Translations under genes and position numbers: made by a program
Origin: an uncultured delta proteobacterium
GTDB taxonomy: Bacteria; Myxococcota_A; Polyangia; Polyangiales; Polyangiaceae
NCBI GenBank assembly: GCA_963782055.1
Contig: CAWAIF010000003.1
Span: 2,272,001 to 2,336,000 of the forward strand
DNA: 64,000 nucleotides
Direction of reading: 5' to 3'
In this document: piece by piece, positions 1 to 9,853 of the stretch
Position numbering within the stretch: position 1 is the stretch's first letter
Layout: each line of letters starts with the position of its first letter
Notes under the pieces: generated by a model
What the model was told of the DNA's origin: nothing
What the model saw: only the letters and a program-made list of their open reading frames with translations
The model's database searches: none

Positions 1-29
1 CGCAGCTGTCCGCCTTCGGCGGCCAGGCG

Positions 30-290
30 ACAGGGGACCCGTCGCTGTCGACATGGACCCGCTCTCGCACCTCTTGCGCCTCTGCGCCGCCGTCCCCGCG
101 CCGCGCTTCCATACCGTCCGCTACGCCGACGTGCTCGCCTCCGCCAGCAAGCTCCGTCCCAAGATCGTCCGCCGTCCACCCGACCCGGCGACGGCCACGG
201 AGCAGGACGACGACAAGCCGAAGCGCTCGCGCTACTGGCCGTGGGCGGAGCTCATGGCACGCACCTTCGCGCTGGACGTCACCGCGCACA
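30..290 (+). pseudogene. IS91-family (Y2/HUH) transposase, C-terminal fragment
   Basis: MDPLSHLLRLCAAVPAPRFHTVRYADVLASASKLR...RYWPWAELMARTFALDV resembles the C-terminal region of myxobacterial IS91-type transposases; breaks off before the final CxxC. Confidence 0.8.
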
Positions 291-326
291 CGCTCGCGAG
301 GCTCCCGGCTCGCGAGCGAGCTTGAT

Positions 327-357
327 GCGGAGCCACGCTGCCGCGCAGCGGCTTCGT
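327..357 (+). other. Stem-loop immediately 5' of the intron insertion site
   Basis: GCGGAGCC-ac-GCTG-ccgcg-CAGC-GGCTTCGT folds (with G-T pairs) and ends 3 nt before the intron start; IIC introns insert downstream of hairpins. Confidence 0.6.
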
Positions 358-360
358 CCA

Positions 361-2252
361 GTGCGCCCAGCATGGGCATCAACCCGGAGGTGAAAGTCCT
401 TCCTGAAATTGGTCACAATGACAGAAGCGAACCACAAGGGCGGAACCGTGAGGGACCGTCTGGAGGAAGTGGGGAGCGAAGCCGCGGGCCGACGTACAGA
501 AATCGGATCGGAGGCGTGGCCGAGCAGGGCGAGCGGACTGGAACCCGCGAAGCTCTCGTGACCGAAGCTCGGCGGCGTATATCCGGCGGTCGTGCGGTGA
601 AGGTTGATGCTCTTACCTGGGGAGATCTCGCCTCGCGCCTGAAAGGGCGACGGCCGGCGACAACGTCGGACGGAGCGAGAAGTCAGCAGAGGCCGTAGTA
701 GCGGCGAAGGAGCCGGGCAGGGATCCCCCCGAACCCCGGAAGTCTCTATCGCTGCGAAGGGCCAAACGGAGAGGAGGGCGAAACGCCCATGGATCTCGAG
801 AACGCGCAGCCACAGAAGTCCAAGAGCGAGACGCCGACCGCCGCGGATGGTGAAGCCCCGAGCGACGACCGACGCGTGGAAGCGGATTCGGCGACCCATG
901 GAACCGAGCGCTCAGGAACGAGCGGGCTGATGGAGGCGGCGCTCACGCGCAAGAACCTTCAGGCCGCGCTGAAGCGAGTGAAGCGGAACAAGGGCAGTCC
1001 CGGCATCGACGGGATGACGGTGGAGGAGCTACCGGACCACCTTCGCGTGCACTGGCCGTCCCTCCGCGAGCAGCTGCTCGCGGGGACGTACCAGCCGCAG
1101 CCGGTGCGACGGCACGTGATTCCGAAGAGCGGCGGCGGCGAGCGACAGCTCGGCATCCCGACGGTGCTCGACCGACTCATCCAGCAGGCCCTCTTGCAGG
1201 TCCTGCAGCCTCGATTCGATCCGACCTTCTCGGAGCACAGCCACGGCTTCCGGCCGCGGCGCAGCGCGCACGACGCCGTGCGCGAGGCGAAGCGGTATGT
1301 GCAGCAAGGAAGACGATGGGTGGTCGACGTGGATCTCGAAGCTTTCTTCGACCGCGTCAACCACGACGTGCTCATGGGGAGACTGGCCAAACGAATCGAG
1401 GATCGGCGCGTGCTGGGACTCATCCGTCGCTACCTGAACGCCGGCATCATGGCGAACGGCGTCGTGATGGATCGCGACGAGGGAACGCCCCAGGGCGGTC
1501 CTCTCTCTCGCCAATGCTTGCGAACGTGCTCCTCGACGAAGTCGACAAGGAGCTGGAGAAGCGCGGACACGCCTTCGTGCGCTACGCCGATGACAGCAAC
1601 GTTTACGTGCGGTCACGGCGAGCGGGCGAGCGGGTCATGCAGGCGCTGCGGCGTCTCTACGCGAAGCTCCATCTCCAGATCAACGAGTCGAAGAGCGCGG
1701 TGGCACCCGTGCAAGACCGGAAGTTCCTCGGCTACACCTTTTGGTTGTCGTCGAAGAACGAGGTCCGCTGCACGATCGCGCGCAAGGCCCTCGACACGAT
1801 GAAGGACCGCGTGCGGCACATGACGAGCCGCATGCGCGGTCGGAGCCTGGCCCAGGTCTGCCGAGATCTGCGAGGGTACTTGCCAGGCTGGAAGAACTAC
1901 TTCCAGCTTGTCGAGCTCCGCACGCTCTTTCGCGAGCTGGACTCTTGGATCCGGCACCGACTCCGCGCACTGCAGTTGAAGCAGTGGGTGCGAGGAGTCA
2001 CCGTCTTCCGAGAACTGCGCCGACGGGGGATCCCTCCCGTCGACGCTCGCCGCGCGGCAGCAAATACGACGCGCTGGTGGCGAACCTCGGGAATGCGCGT
2101 CCTCAGCGTGGCTCTGCCGAACAAGCTCTTCGACGAGCTGGGGCTTCCCCGGCTCGACACGTGACCTCAACTCTCCGAACCGCCGGATGCGGACCCGCCT
2201 GTCCGGTGGTGTGGCAGGGGTCCCCGGGGAAACCCGGGGCCCCTATGCCGAT
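361..2252 (+). mobile_element. Group II intron, class IIC
   Basis: 5' end GTGCGCCCAGCATGGGC; short domain V GAACCGCCGGATGCGGACCCGCCTGTCCGGTGGTGT at 2177-2212 with CGC triad; domain VI ending CCCTATGCCGAT at 2252; RT ORF inside. Confidence 0.93.
789..2164 (+). pseudogene. ltrA: Group II intron reverse transcriptase/maturase, frameshifted at ~1501-1509, no endonuclease domain
   Basis: PGIDG, RQLGIPTVLDR, SHGFRP, GTPQGGPLS in one frame; PMLANVLLDEVDKEL...RYADD and FLGYTF in another. One extra CT in a CT run separates them. Confidence 0.9.
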
Positions 2253-2353
2253 ACCGTCGATTTCGCGACCGCGCACCCGCGCCACGCGACCGCCGCCGCG
2301 ACCCGGCGCGCTCACGCAATCGACTCTTACTTTATGCGAAGTGGGGCCGTCCG

Positions 2354-3187
2354 GTGTCACTGGAAGGACGGACCAGGGTGGTGATCCTGCCGGTCGACCA
2401 GGGCTTCGAGCACGGGCCCGCGCGCTCCTTCCAGCCCAACCCGGACGGCTACGATCCGGACTACCACCCGCAGCTCGCCGTCGACGCGGGCTGCAACGCG
2501 TACGCTGCGCCCCTCGGCTTCCTCGAGGCGGTGGCCGACCGGTACGCCGGCCAGCTCCCCCTCATCCTGAAGCTCAACAACTCCGACACCCTCGCCAAGG
2601 TCCCGCAGCCGTGCAGCGCGGTGACCGGCTCGGTGGAGGACGCCCTGCGCCTCGGCTGCGCGGCCATCGGCTACACGATCTATCCCGGCTCGGGCGATCG
2701 CAACATCATGTACGAGCACCTGCGCGAGCTCATCCTGGAGGCGAAGGCCCACGGCCTGCCGACCATCGTGTGGGCGTACCCGCGCGGCGCCGGCCTCTCC
2801 AAGGAGGGCGAGACCGCGGTGGACGTGTGCGGCTACGCCGCGCAGATCTCCGCGCAGCTCGGCGCCCACGTCATCAAGATCAAGCAGCCGAAGGATCACA
2901 TCGAGCAACCGGAGGCGAAGAAGGTCTTCGAGAAGTACTCCATCCCGACCAAGACCCTGTCCGACCGCGTGCGCCACTGCGTGCAGAGCGCATTCAACGG
3001 CAAGCGCATCCTCATCTTCTCCGGCGGCGAGTCGCGCGGCACCGACGAGCTGCTCGCCGACATCAAGGAGATCGCCAAGGGCGGCGCCTTCGGCTCCATC
3101 ATGGGCCGCAACGCCTTCCAGCGGCCGCGGAAGGAGGCCTTGAAGCTCCTCGCCGACGTGATCGCGATCTACAAGGCCGCTTCCTGA
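2354..3187 (+). CDS. fbaB: Class I fructose-bisphosphate aldolase (DhnA/FbaB type), apparently lacking its N-terminus
   Basis: VILPVDQGFEHGPARSF, LKLNNSD, WAYPRG, AHVIKIK, FSGG, GSIMGRNAFQR motifs. Confidence 0.85.
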   Translation: MSLEGRTRVVILPVDQGFEHGPARSFQPNPDGYDPDYHPQLAVDAGCNAYAAPLGFLEAVADRYAGQLPLILKLNNSDTLAKVPQPCSAVTGSVEDALRLGCAAIGYTIYPGSGDRNIMYEHLRELILEAKAHGLPTIVWAYPRGAGLSKEGETAVDVCGYAAQISAQLGAHVIKIKQPKDHIEQPEAKKVFEKYSIPTKTLSDRVRHCVQSAFNGKRILIFSGGESRGTDELLADIKEIAKGGAFGSIMGRNAFQRPRKEALKLLADVIAIYKAAS

Positions 3188-3337
3188 CGGACGCCGCGCC
3201 GCCACAGGCGCCCACAACGTGGGCGTTCACCCCCTACTCCCCAGGGAGTATCGACAAGCTCGCTGCATGGAGATGCACTGGACCGATGCGGGGCCATGCG
3301 CAGCGAACGCTGGCGCGGTGCCCCGGGGAGGACCATC

Positions 3338-5167
3338 ATGAAGCGAACGAGGGCTCTGGCGGTGTACGCGTTGACGTTGACCGGCGTCGTGGGGGGGGGG
3401 GTAGCCTGTAATGTTCAGGCTGTGGGCAATCCCGCCGTGCGCGTCGGTTTCGATGACCTGATCTTCGGCACCAACGATGTCGTCGGCGGACCTGGCGGCC
3501 CCGTCACCACGCAGACCGACAGGCTCGACCGGGCGATGACGACCCCGTTCTTCCACTGGGACTTCCGGAGCTGGCAGCTCGTCGGCAACCGGCTGAGTGG
3601 GGACCTTTCAGACTTCGGCCTCCCCACCTACTCGCTCTCGCTCGAGCCCTACGTCCGGTACGGATTGACCACAGCCTTCTGGCGGACCCTCTCGGCCGCC
3701 ACGATCGTGCCCGGCCAGACCGGCACCACGGATCTGTGGAACCAGCACGAGGTCCTTCTGTTCGCCCGCGATCCGGTCGAGATGAGCACCTACTTCCGGA
3801 ACTTCATGGCCGATCTCCTGAGGGCCCACAATCCGCAGAACGACGACCAGACCCAGCAGGATCTCGACACCTACTTCAACTCCGCGTGGCGCGATCTCTA
3901 TGCCGGGGCGCAGGTCCCGGCCGCTGCGACCCTCTGGTATCCTCCGCAGAAGGGGACGACCCCCGGGGCCCTGATCACCGCCAACATCACGAGCTCCAGC
4001 TTCTGGGGCGCGGACACGCCGGCGGGGCCGGGCGCCGACCCCAATCCCGATCTCTCCGGCTCGGTCAAGGCAGCGAAGGTCATCAACCACGGCATCTGTA
4101 GCCTGCTCGTGCCCTACGTGTCCGCGGCCCAGGACGGCTCCGGGCTGATGGAAAAGCTCGCGACCGACGGGCCGCTCGCGGTGGCGAAGCTGGTCTTCAG
4201 TCGCTACGGCGACTCCGCCGACGTGGAGAAGCGGTGGCTCAACGCCGCCCCCTTCCTCGACTTCACGGAAGAACAGGAGGACGCGCAGCTCGGCGGATTC
4301 TTCCTGAACTTCAACGTCCAGTTGAACGTGCCGGTCCTGGGTATCACCGTGGGTGGACCGAACCTCTACTACCACAACGCGCTGCGGTGGCGCCTGTACG
4401 ACGGTCGCCTCGCGGCGGACGGCGAGGTGCTGGACAAGTTCGGACGGGGGAGCGGCGCGTCCGACGCGATGGTGACGTTCGACGACGTCCTCACGCGCCA
4501 GCTCGACCACACGCCGCGCACCGGGGACGACCCAGCCTCGCTCGCCGAGGCGATCTTCCAGGAGGCGAACGCCCAGCAGGTCTACGAGGGAGACACTGGT
4601 ACGGTAACCTGCACGCAGATCGTGCCCGGCCAGGATTCGCTCGGCTACGATCCGGCCGAACCTTGTTACGACTTCATCAAGCAGATGAAGAGCGACGTGC
4701 ACGAGGCGCTGACCTACCTGTCGGCCCCGCTCGGCCTCACGCCGGAGCAGCAGCAGCAGGTCGAAGACTCGCTCGTGGCGACGGACTTCCCCGGTGGTTC
4801 ATTGAAGAACTTCCGCTGCGCGAAGTTCCCCGAGGACGCCGAAGGTCGTTGTCAGTTCGTCACCCGCGCGAAGCGCATCAACGTCCTTCCTGACGGGGTC
4901 GAGGCGGTCTTCGTCGACGACCTTCACGAGCTGTCCAATCCGGTCTACCCGCTCTGGCTTCATCTGCTGTTCGACGCCATCAAGGGCACGCCGCGCGCAT
5001 ACCAGAAGCTCTGCGGGGCTCCGGTCGCCCAGGTGCCCGGTTCCCTCGCCAATCGGACATTTCGAAGCGTCGGCACGGACTATGTGCACTACCGCTGCGA
5101 TTCGCCGACCAAGCAGCCCGACGGTCATTATACCTGCGGCAGCATCACGCAGGAGACGACGCCATGA
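3338..5167 (+). CDS. Large secreted protein/lipoprotein of unknown function
   Basis: GGAG RBS, MKRTR plus hydrophobic stretch and VAC lipobox; GC3-biased ORF with scattered Cys. Confidence 0.8.
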   Translation: MKRTRALAVYALTLTGVVGGGVACNVQAVGNPAVRVGFDDLIFGTNDVVGGPGGPVTTQTDRLDRAMTTPFFHWDFRSWQLVGNRLSGDLSDFGLPTYSLSLEPYVRYGLTTAFWRTLSAATIVPGQTGTTDLWNQHEVLLFARDPVEMSTYFRNFMADLLRAHNPQNDDQTQQDLDTYFNSAWRDLYAGAQVPAAATLWYPPQKGTTPGALITANITSSSFWGADTPAGPGADPNPDLSGSVKAAKVINHGICSLLVPYVSAAQDGSGLMEKLATDGPLAVAKLVFSRYGDSADVEKRWLNAAPFLDFTEEQEDAQLGGFFLNFNVQLNVPVLGITVGGPNLYYHNALRWRLYDGRLAADGEVLDKFGRGSGASDAMVTFDDVLTRQLDHTPRTGDDPASLAEAIFQEANAQQVYEGDTGTVTCTQIVPGQDSLGYDPAEPCYDFIKQMKSDVHEALTYLSAPLGLTPEQQQQVEDSLVATDFPGGSLKNFRCAKFPEDAEGRCQFVTRAKRINVLPDGVEAVFVDDLHELSNPVYPLWLHLLFDAIKGTPRAYQKLCGAPVAQVPGSLANRTFRSVGTDYVHYRCDSPTKQPDGHYTCGSITQETTP

Positions 5168-5985
5168 CGAGGCGACGAGCCATTCTCGGTCCGCTCCTCC
5201 TGCTGCTCGCGCTGGCCTCCGCGTGCGGCGGCATCGTGGAGGGCGGCGCGCAGGACGGCAGCGCAGAGGCCGGGGCGGGCTCCGATGCGGGCGACGAGCT
5301 CACTTCGGCCTGCCAGGCGCAGGGCGGGCTGATGCTCTGCGGCGGGCAGTGCGGGGCCACGTGTCCGGTCCAGCCCGACGGCAAGGGCTGCGCCAGCGAC
5401 CTCCAGAACCCGCAGCCCAGCAACCAGCTCGGGATCTGCGCAACCAAATCCAGTGAGCTCACGCTCGACTGCCAGGAGTGCAGCGACGGTCACGTGTGCG
5501 CGCTGGACTCCGAGCGCTGGCTCCAATCGACGCCGGAGGTGACATTCGGCTTCATGGGGTGTGGCCCCATCGGGTATGCGCAAATGTACGCGGCGAACGG
5601 CCGGTCCGACCTGGCTCGCTACGCCGATCGAAGCGCTTTCACCAGCGCGCCGCTGCCCGCACCCAGCACATGCCCGTCCGTGCCGGGTCTCACTCTGTGC
5701 GGTGGGGCGTGCGGCAGTTGCCCGACAGGTTACGTGTGCACGGGCCGGTCGCCGCTCCACCCCTACAGCCTCTGCGTGAACGAGTGGTCCATCGGCAACG
5801 GCGTGTGTCAACGCGCCAAGCCGGGCTGCATGGACGGCACGACAAAGTACCGCTGTCTCACCTTCAAGGTGGACGACCCGTCGCAGTCCGTCGCAGACCA
5901 GTACAGCATCTGCGTCGACCGCTCGATCTGCGAGGCTGCAGCGCAATCGTATCCCGGTGGCGCCTACTGCTCCGGTGGAGCCTGA
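5164..5985 (+). CDS. Cys-rich lipoprotein
   Basis: ATGA overlap with upstream stop; LASAC lipobox; repeated LCGGxCGxxCP. Confidence 0.85.
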   Translation: MTRRRAILGPLLLLLALASACGGIVEGGAQDGSAEAGAGSDAGDELTSACQAQGGLMLCGGQCGATCPVQPDGKGCASDLQNPQPSNQLGICATKSSELTLDCQECSDGHVCALDSERWLQSTPEVTFGFMGCGPIGYAQMYAANGRSDLARYADRSAFTSAPLPAPSTCPSVPGLTLCGGACGSCPTGYVCTGRSPLHPYSLCVNEWSIGNGVCQRAKPGCMDGTTKYRCLTFKVDDPSQSVADQYSICVDRSICEAAAQSYPGGAYCSGGA

Positions 5986-6305
5986 CCCAGCCTGACCCTC
6001 ATCGTCTGTCCTCACCGGAATACCGCCACGTACCGCCACGAAGTCGTCGTCCTGTACGCTGACGAGCAGCTTCGCGTCCGAGCGAGGCGCGGCCGAGGAA
6101 CATCCAGTCCTTGGCCGTCCTTGGTGTTGTCTCCCACGCTCTTCCACCGCCAGCGCCCCACGCTCCGTCGTGACGCCACCGGGCTGCGCTCTCGGTCTGC
6201 GTGATCGCTTCCCGCGGTGGGAGCCGTGGGACAAGAGCGAGACGCCGGGGCACCGCGGTACGAGCGCGAGCCCCCCGACGTCGTCGGTGACCGGTGCGGG
6301 TGGCT

Positions 6306-7103
6306 CTACGCGACCTCCTGCATCGCCGCCTGGACATGCTCGGTGGTGACGGACTTCGCCTTGGCGATGGCGGCGGCGAAGAGTGCGTGATGGGCGAGGC
6401 CGTTGGCCTTGCGCGGCAAGCCGCTCGACGCCTGGTAGATCGCCTCGACGGTCGGCGGCTCGAAGAGCGGGACGTCGGTGCCGGCGAGATGGAGGCGATG
6501 GGCGAGGTAGGGGCCCATCTCCTCGCGCGTGAGGCCGCGGACGTGGGCGCGCACGACGACGCGCTGCGCGAGGGCGTCGAGGGCTGCCATGCTCATGCGG
6601 CGGCGCAGCTCGGGATGGCCGACGAGCACGACGGTGAGGCGGTTCTCGGAGTCCATGGCGTAGTTGGTGAGCAGGCGCAGGTCCTCGAGCAGCTCGGTGC
6701 GCAGGTGGTGGGCCTCGTCGACGATGAGCACGGGGCGCAGGCGGTTTTCGGCGCAGAGGCGCGAGACCTCGCCGCGTATCTGCCGGAAGAGCGCAGCGCG
6801 ATTGCGCTCGGTCGGCAGGCCGAGCTCCCAGGCGATGGACTTGTAGAGGTCCATGACGTTGCCCGTGGTCATCGAGACGTAGAGCACGCGGTAGAGGCCG
6901 GTGTGCAGGCCGGCGACCAGGTGGCGGCACGTCGTCGTCTTGCCGGAGCCGCTGTCGCCGGTGACGAGGCCGATGCCGCGCATGTCGACGAGATGGCGCA
7001 GACGCGCGCCGAGCTCGGCGAGCGAGGCGGACTCGAAGAGGTCGTCGGCCGCGAGGTCTTTGTCGAAGGGGTGGCGCGTGAGCGCGAAGTGCTTGCGGTA
7101 CAT
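6306..7103 (-). CDS. ExeA-like AAA+ ATPase, transposition helper
   Basis: MYRKHFALTRHPF start, Walker A GDSGSGKTT, Walker B LIVDEAHHL, GLPR motif; coupled to transposase. Confidence 0.92.
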   Translation of the reverse strand: MYRKHFALTRHPFDKDLAADDLFESASLAELGARLRHLVDMRGIGLVTGDSGSGKTTTCRHLVAGLHTGLYRVLYVSMTTGNVMDLYKSIAWELGLPTERNRAALFRQIRGEVSRLCAENRLRPVLIVDEAHHLRTELLEDLRLLTNYAMDSENRLTVVLVGHPELRRRMSMAALDALAQRVVVRAHVRGLTREEMGPYLAHRLHLAGTDVPLFEPPTVEAIYQASSGLPRKANGLAHHALFAAAIAKAKSVTTEHVQAAMQEVA

Positions 7104-8482
7104 CAGAACAGCTCCTTGTCGGCGTCGTCGTCGACGAGCTCGCGCATGGCCAGGCCCTCGTGGAGCTCGACGCCAGCTCCGGTGGGGATCTCCAGGCTTC
7201 TGGTGGCGGAGTTGCGCTTGACGAAGCAGTTGGCGAGGACATCGACGCGGCGAGCGATCTCGATGCGGCGGCCCTCATGCCAGACCTCGACGTTGCGCTT
7301 GTCGGGCTTGCGCGCCGGGTCGAAGCGGAGCGTGACGCGCTCGCCGACGAGCGCGGCGTCGACCTCGAAGGCAACGCCGTCGAGGGTGACGGTGCGGTCC
7401 TTCTGCACCCTCCTCTTCTGCTCGGCGAGGAAGTGGTCGCCGAGGTCGGCGGCGGGCATTCGGACGCCGTCGCTGGTGCGGGCCCACTTGTCGGCGGGGG
7501 TCTCGTCGCCGAGGCCGCGGTGCGGCGCGTGGTGGTACTCGCCCTCGACCCACGCGGCGAGCGCGCGATTCATCGCGTCGAGGGAGACGAGCTGCGCGGA
7601 GTGGAGCAGCGGCAAGAGCTGCATGCGCGTGGTACGGAACCATCGCTCCATCTTCCCCTTGCCCTGGGGCTTGTACGGCTTGGCGTGGATGAGCGCGATG
7701 CCGAGCTTCGCGCACACGATCGCGAGCTGCTTGGAGCGGAACGCCGAGCCGTTGTCGACGTAGAGTCGCTTGGGGATGCCGCGGCGACGCACGGCCTGCT
7801 CGAGCACCGAGAGGTAGCTGATCGTCCCCTCGGAGAACGTGAAGGCCGCGTGAGGTACGATCCGTGTGGCGTCGTCGATGAACGCGATGAGGTAGGTCTG
7901 TCGCTGGCGGCCCGCATCGCGGATCTTCGGGCCGTACATCACGTCGCTCATCCAGAGGTCGCCGGCGCTCTCGTGCTCGAAGCGACGCCGGTCTTTGCTC
8001 GTCGGCTCCTCGGGCTGCTTCTTCATGAGCCCGCGGCGCGCGAGCACGCGGTGCACCGTCGACTCGGGGAGCGCGACCTCGTCGGTGACGACGTGGGCGT
8101 GGTCGGCGCGTGCGACCTTGATCAGCGCGGGGATCGAGAGCTCGGGCGAGTCCTCCTTCATCTGGCAGAGCAGGTCGACGACGTGCATCGGGATCGACCG
8201 CGTGCTGCCCTGGTCGGCTCGCACGCGCGGCGCCAGCGCATCGAAGCCACCTTGGCGGTAGGCACGGAGCCAGCCGCGCATCGTCTCCGGCGCGACGTGC
8301 CGGCGCAGCGAGCCGGGGATCGTGTAGTCGAGCTCGGCCTTCTTTGCGAGCAGCGCATAGAGGCCGCGGTGGTGCGGCTCGAGGTGCACGAGGTCGGCGA
8401 TGACGCCGTAGCGGAAGAGCGCGATCTCGCGCCGGCGCTCGTCGATCTCGGGTGTCGGTGTGTCGTGGGAATCGGTGTGCAT
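7103..8482 (-). CDS. DDE integrase/transposase (rve core, Mu-like C-terminus)
   Basis: LWMSD, AFIDDATR, LYVDNGSAF, GKGKMERWFRT, YHHAPHRGL. Confidence 0.92.
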   Translation of the reverse strand: MHTDSHDTPTPEIDERRREIALFRYGVIADLVHLEPHHRGLYALLAKKAELDYTIPGSLRRHVAPETMRGWLRAYRQGGFDALAPRVRADQGSTRSIPMHVVDLLCQMKEDSPELSIPALIKVARADHAHVVTDEVALPESTVHRVLARRGLMKKQPEEPTSKDRRRFEHESAGDLWMSDVMYGPKIRDAGRQRQTYLIAFIDDATRIVPHAAFTFSEGTISYLSVLEQAVRRRGIPKRLYVDNGSAFRSKQLAIVCAKLGIALIHAKPYKPQGKGKMERWFRTTRMQLLPLLHSAQLVSLDAMNRALAAWVEGEYHHAPHRGLGDETPADKWARTSDGVRMPAADLGDHFLAEQKRRVQKDRTVTLDGVAFEVDAALVGERVTLRFDPARKPDKRNVEVWHEGRRIEIARRVDVLANCFVKRNSATRSLEIPTGAGVELHEGLAMRELVDDDADKELF

Positions 8483-8600
8483 GGCGGATGCCTTCGGTGC
8501 GCTCGCCCGGACCCTTTCCGAGCGGCGTGCCGGCAAGCTCGGCGAGATCGCCGCCGGCAGCCGGCACCCTTTCGTGTGGGCCGGCCGCGGCGACCCCCGG

Positions 8601-9173
8601 TCACCCGGTCGCCCGCGTGCGCAATCCGAGAGGGACGGGCAACGCACCGAGGTGCCGCTCGCCGAGCTCGCGCAGCACGACGAGCACGCGATGGCACCCG
8701 AGCGCCTCGCGGAAGGCGGCGAGCGTCGGCCTGACGCCTGCGAACCGCTCGGGCATCAGCGTCGCGATCGCGAGCAGCGCGGCGCGCACCGCCGATGCCC
8801 GCCGACGGATCGACCTCAGCGCGCACACGAGCCCGACGGCGTCGTCGGCGTCCGGCGGGTGCACCGCGTCCACCGCCGCCGCGACACCGCCGGCGGCCTC
8901 CACCGCGGTGACGACGTCTTCGACCGCGGCGAGCGTGCCGGAGAGCCGCGCCGCGAGGAACGACGGCAAGAGGCTGATCGACGCCCGCTGCTTGGGGCAC
9001 CACCAGCGCGCGACGCGCACGCCTGCGGGCTCGACGCGGGGGTAGCTCCCGAGCTTCTCGAGGCCGCAACCGCCCTCCGGGTGGAACGGGCAGCTGTCGA
9101 GAATTGCGCTTTCCCACGCACGTTGAGTAACGTAGCCCTCGTCGGAGAGCGGGCATTTCCACGGAACTTGCAC
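8601..9173 (-). CDS. Transposon-associated hypothetical protein with Cys/His cluster
   Basis: CPFHPEGGC...RWWCP motif; first gene of the module; GTG start estimated. Confidence 0.7.
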   Translation of the reverse strand: MQVPWKCPLSDEGYVTQRAWESAILDSCPFHPEGGCGLEKLGSYPRVEPAGVRVARWWCPKQRASISLLPSFLAARLSGTLAAVEDVVTAVEAAGGVAAAVDAVHPPDADDAVGLVCALRSIRRRASAVRAALLAIATLMPERFAGVRPTLAAFREALGCHRVLVVLRELGERHLGALPVPLGLRTRATG

Positions 9174-9395
9174 GGCGCTGACACGAGCCCGCACGTGGTC
9201 CAGACGTGCGGGCTCACTCCTTTTGTCCGACGCATGCTCGCGCGCCGGCACGTCTCACCACGAATTCCTGGTGATCGCCGCCGGCCTGCGCCGCGTCTCA
9301 GGTGCCGGACTGCGCCAACGTCTCAGGAGATTGAACGGGCGCAGAGACCGGGAGAGACCAAGCGGGGGATCACGAGGGAAGGCGAGGCCCAACAA

Positions 9396-9434
9396 CCCCT
9401 CGCACTTCAGGTGCGCGAAGCCCCGGCAGAGAAG
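9396..9434 (-). pseudogene. IS91-family transposase micro-fragment (Zn-binding region)
   Basis: Translates LLCRGFAHLKCEG. Confidence 0.65.
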
Positions 9435-9439
9435 GCGCA

Positions 9440-9650
9440 GCCAGACGTTCTGCCCAGCCACGCGGCGCACCTACGCTCGCCCGGGAGCGAACGTCGTCTC
9501 GATGTCGGCAGGACCTGGGAGCACGCCTTCGCGTGACAGGTGCCTCACCGCCACGAACACGGCGCGGAAGGCGGGCGATCCCGCAACGATGCCCAGCCGG
9601 TCGAGGCTTCGCCGGAACGTCGCGCTCAGCCGCGTGAAGCGTGCGGCCAC
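9440..9650 (-). pseudogene. Putative RelE/ParE-like toxin, internal stop and 3' truncation
   Basis: VAARFTRLSATFRRSLDRLG...FAPGRA*VRRVAGQNVW; TAG at 9471-9473; overlaps a small acidic upstream gene. Confidence 0.5.
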
Positions 9651-9811
9651 GGTGACGCTCCCGTCCGGATGCAGCGCTCCAGCTCCTCGGCCGTGAGCTC
9701 GATGAAGTCGCCGTTCGCGAGGTCCTCGAGGGCGCTGCGGAGCTCGGTCTCCAGGTCGGGTGAGCCATCGGTCATCGCGGTTGCTGCGGAGGGGTTGCTC
9801 GGGATGGCCAT
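9626..9811 (-). CDS. Small acidic protein, putative antitoxin
   Basis: 61 aa, ELRSALEDLANGDFIELTAEELERCIRTG; toxin-antitoxin-like arrangement. Confidence 0.55.
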   Translation of the reverse strand: MAIPSNPSAATAMTDGSPDLETELRSALEDLANGDFIELTAEELERCIRTGASPWPHASRG

Positions 9812-9853
9812 GGGGTGAGATTCGCAGAGGCGCCTCGGGTTGTCACAAACGCG

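Larger units (their letters stand above)
6125..9394 (-). mobile_element. Three-gene transposon (Cys/His protein + DDE transposase + ExeA-like AAA ATPase)
   Basis: Gene content; candidate ends TGTTGTCTCCC at 6125 and TGTTGGGCCTC (minus) at 9394; GAGAC/GTCTC motifs near both ends. No target duplication seen, so the ends are tentative. Confidence 0.65.

Noticed and set aside
6021..6040. TACCGCCACG tandem duplication as the transposon target site
   Set aside because: Both copies are on one side, about 85 bp from the candidate end; cannot be tied to the element.
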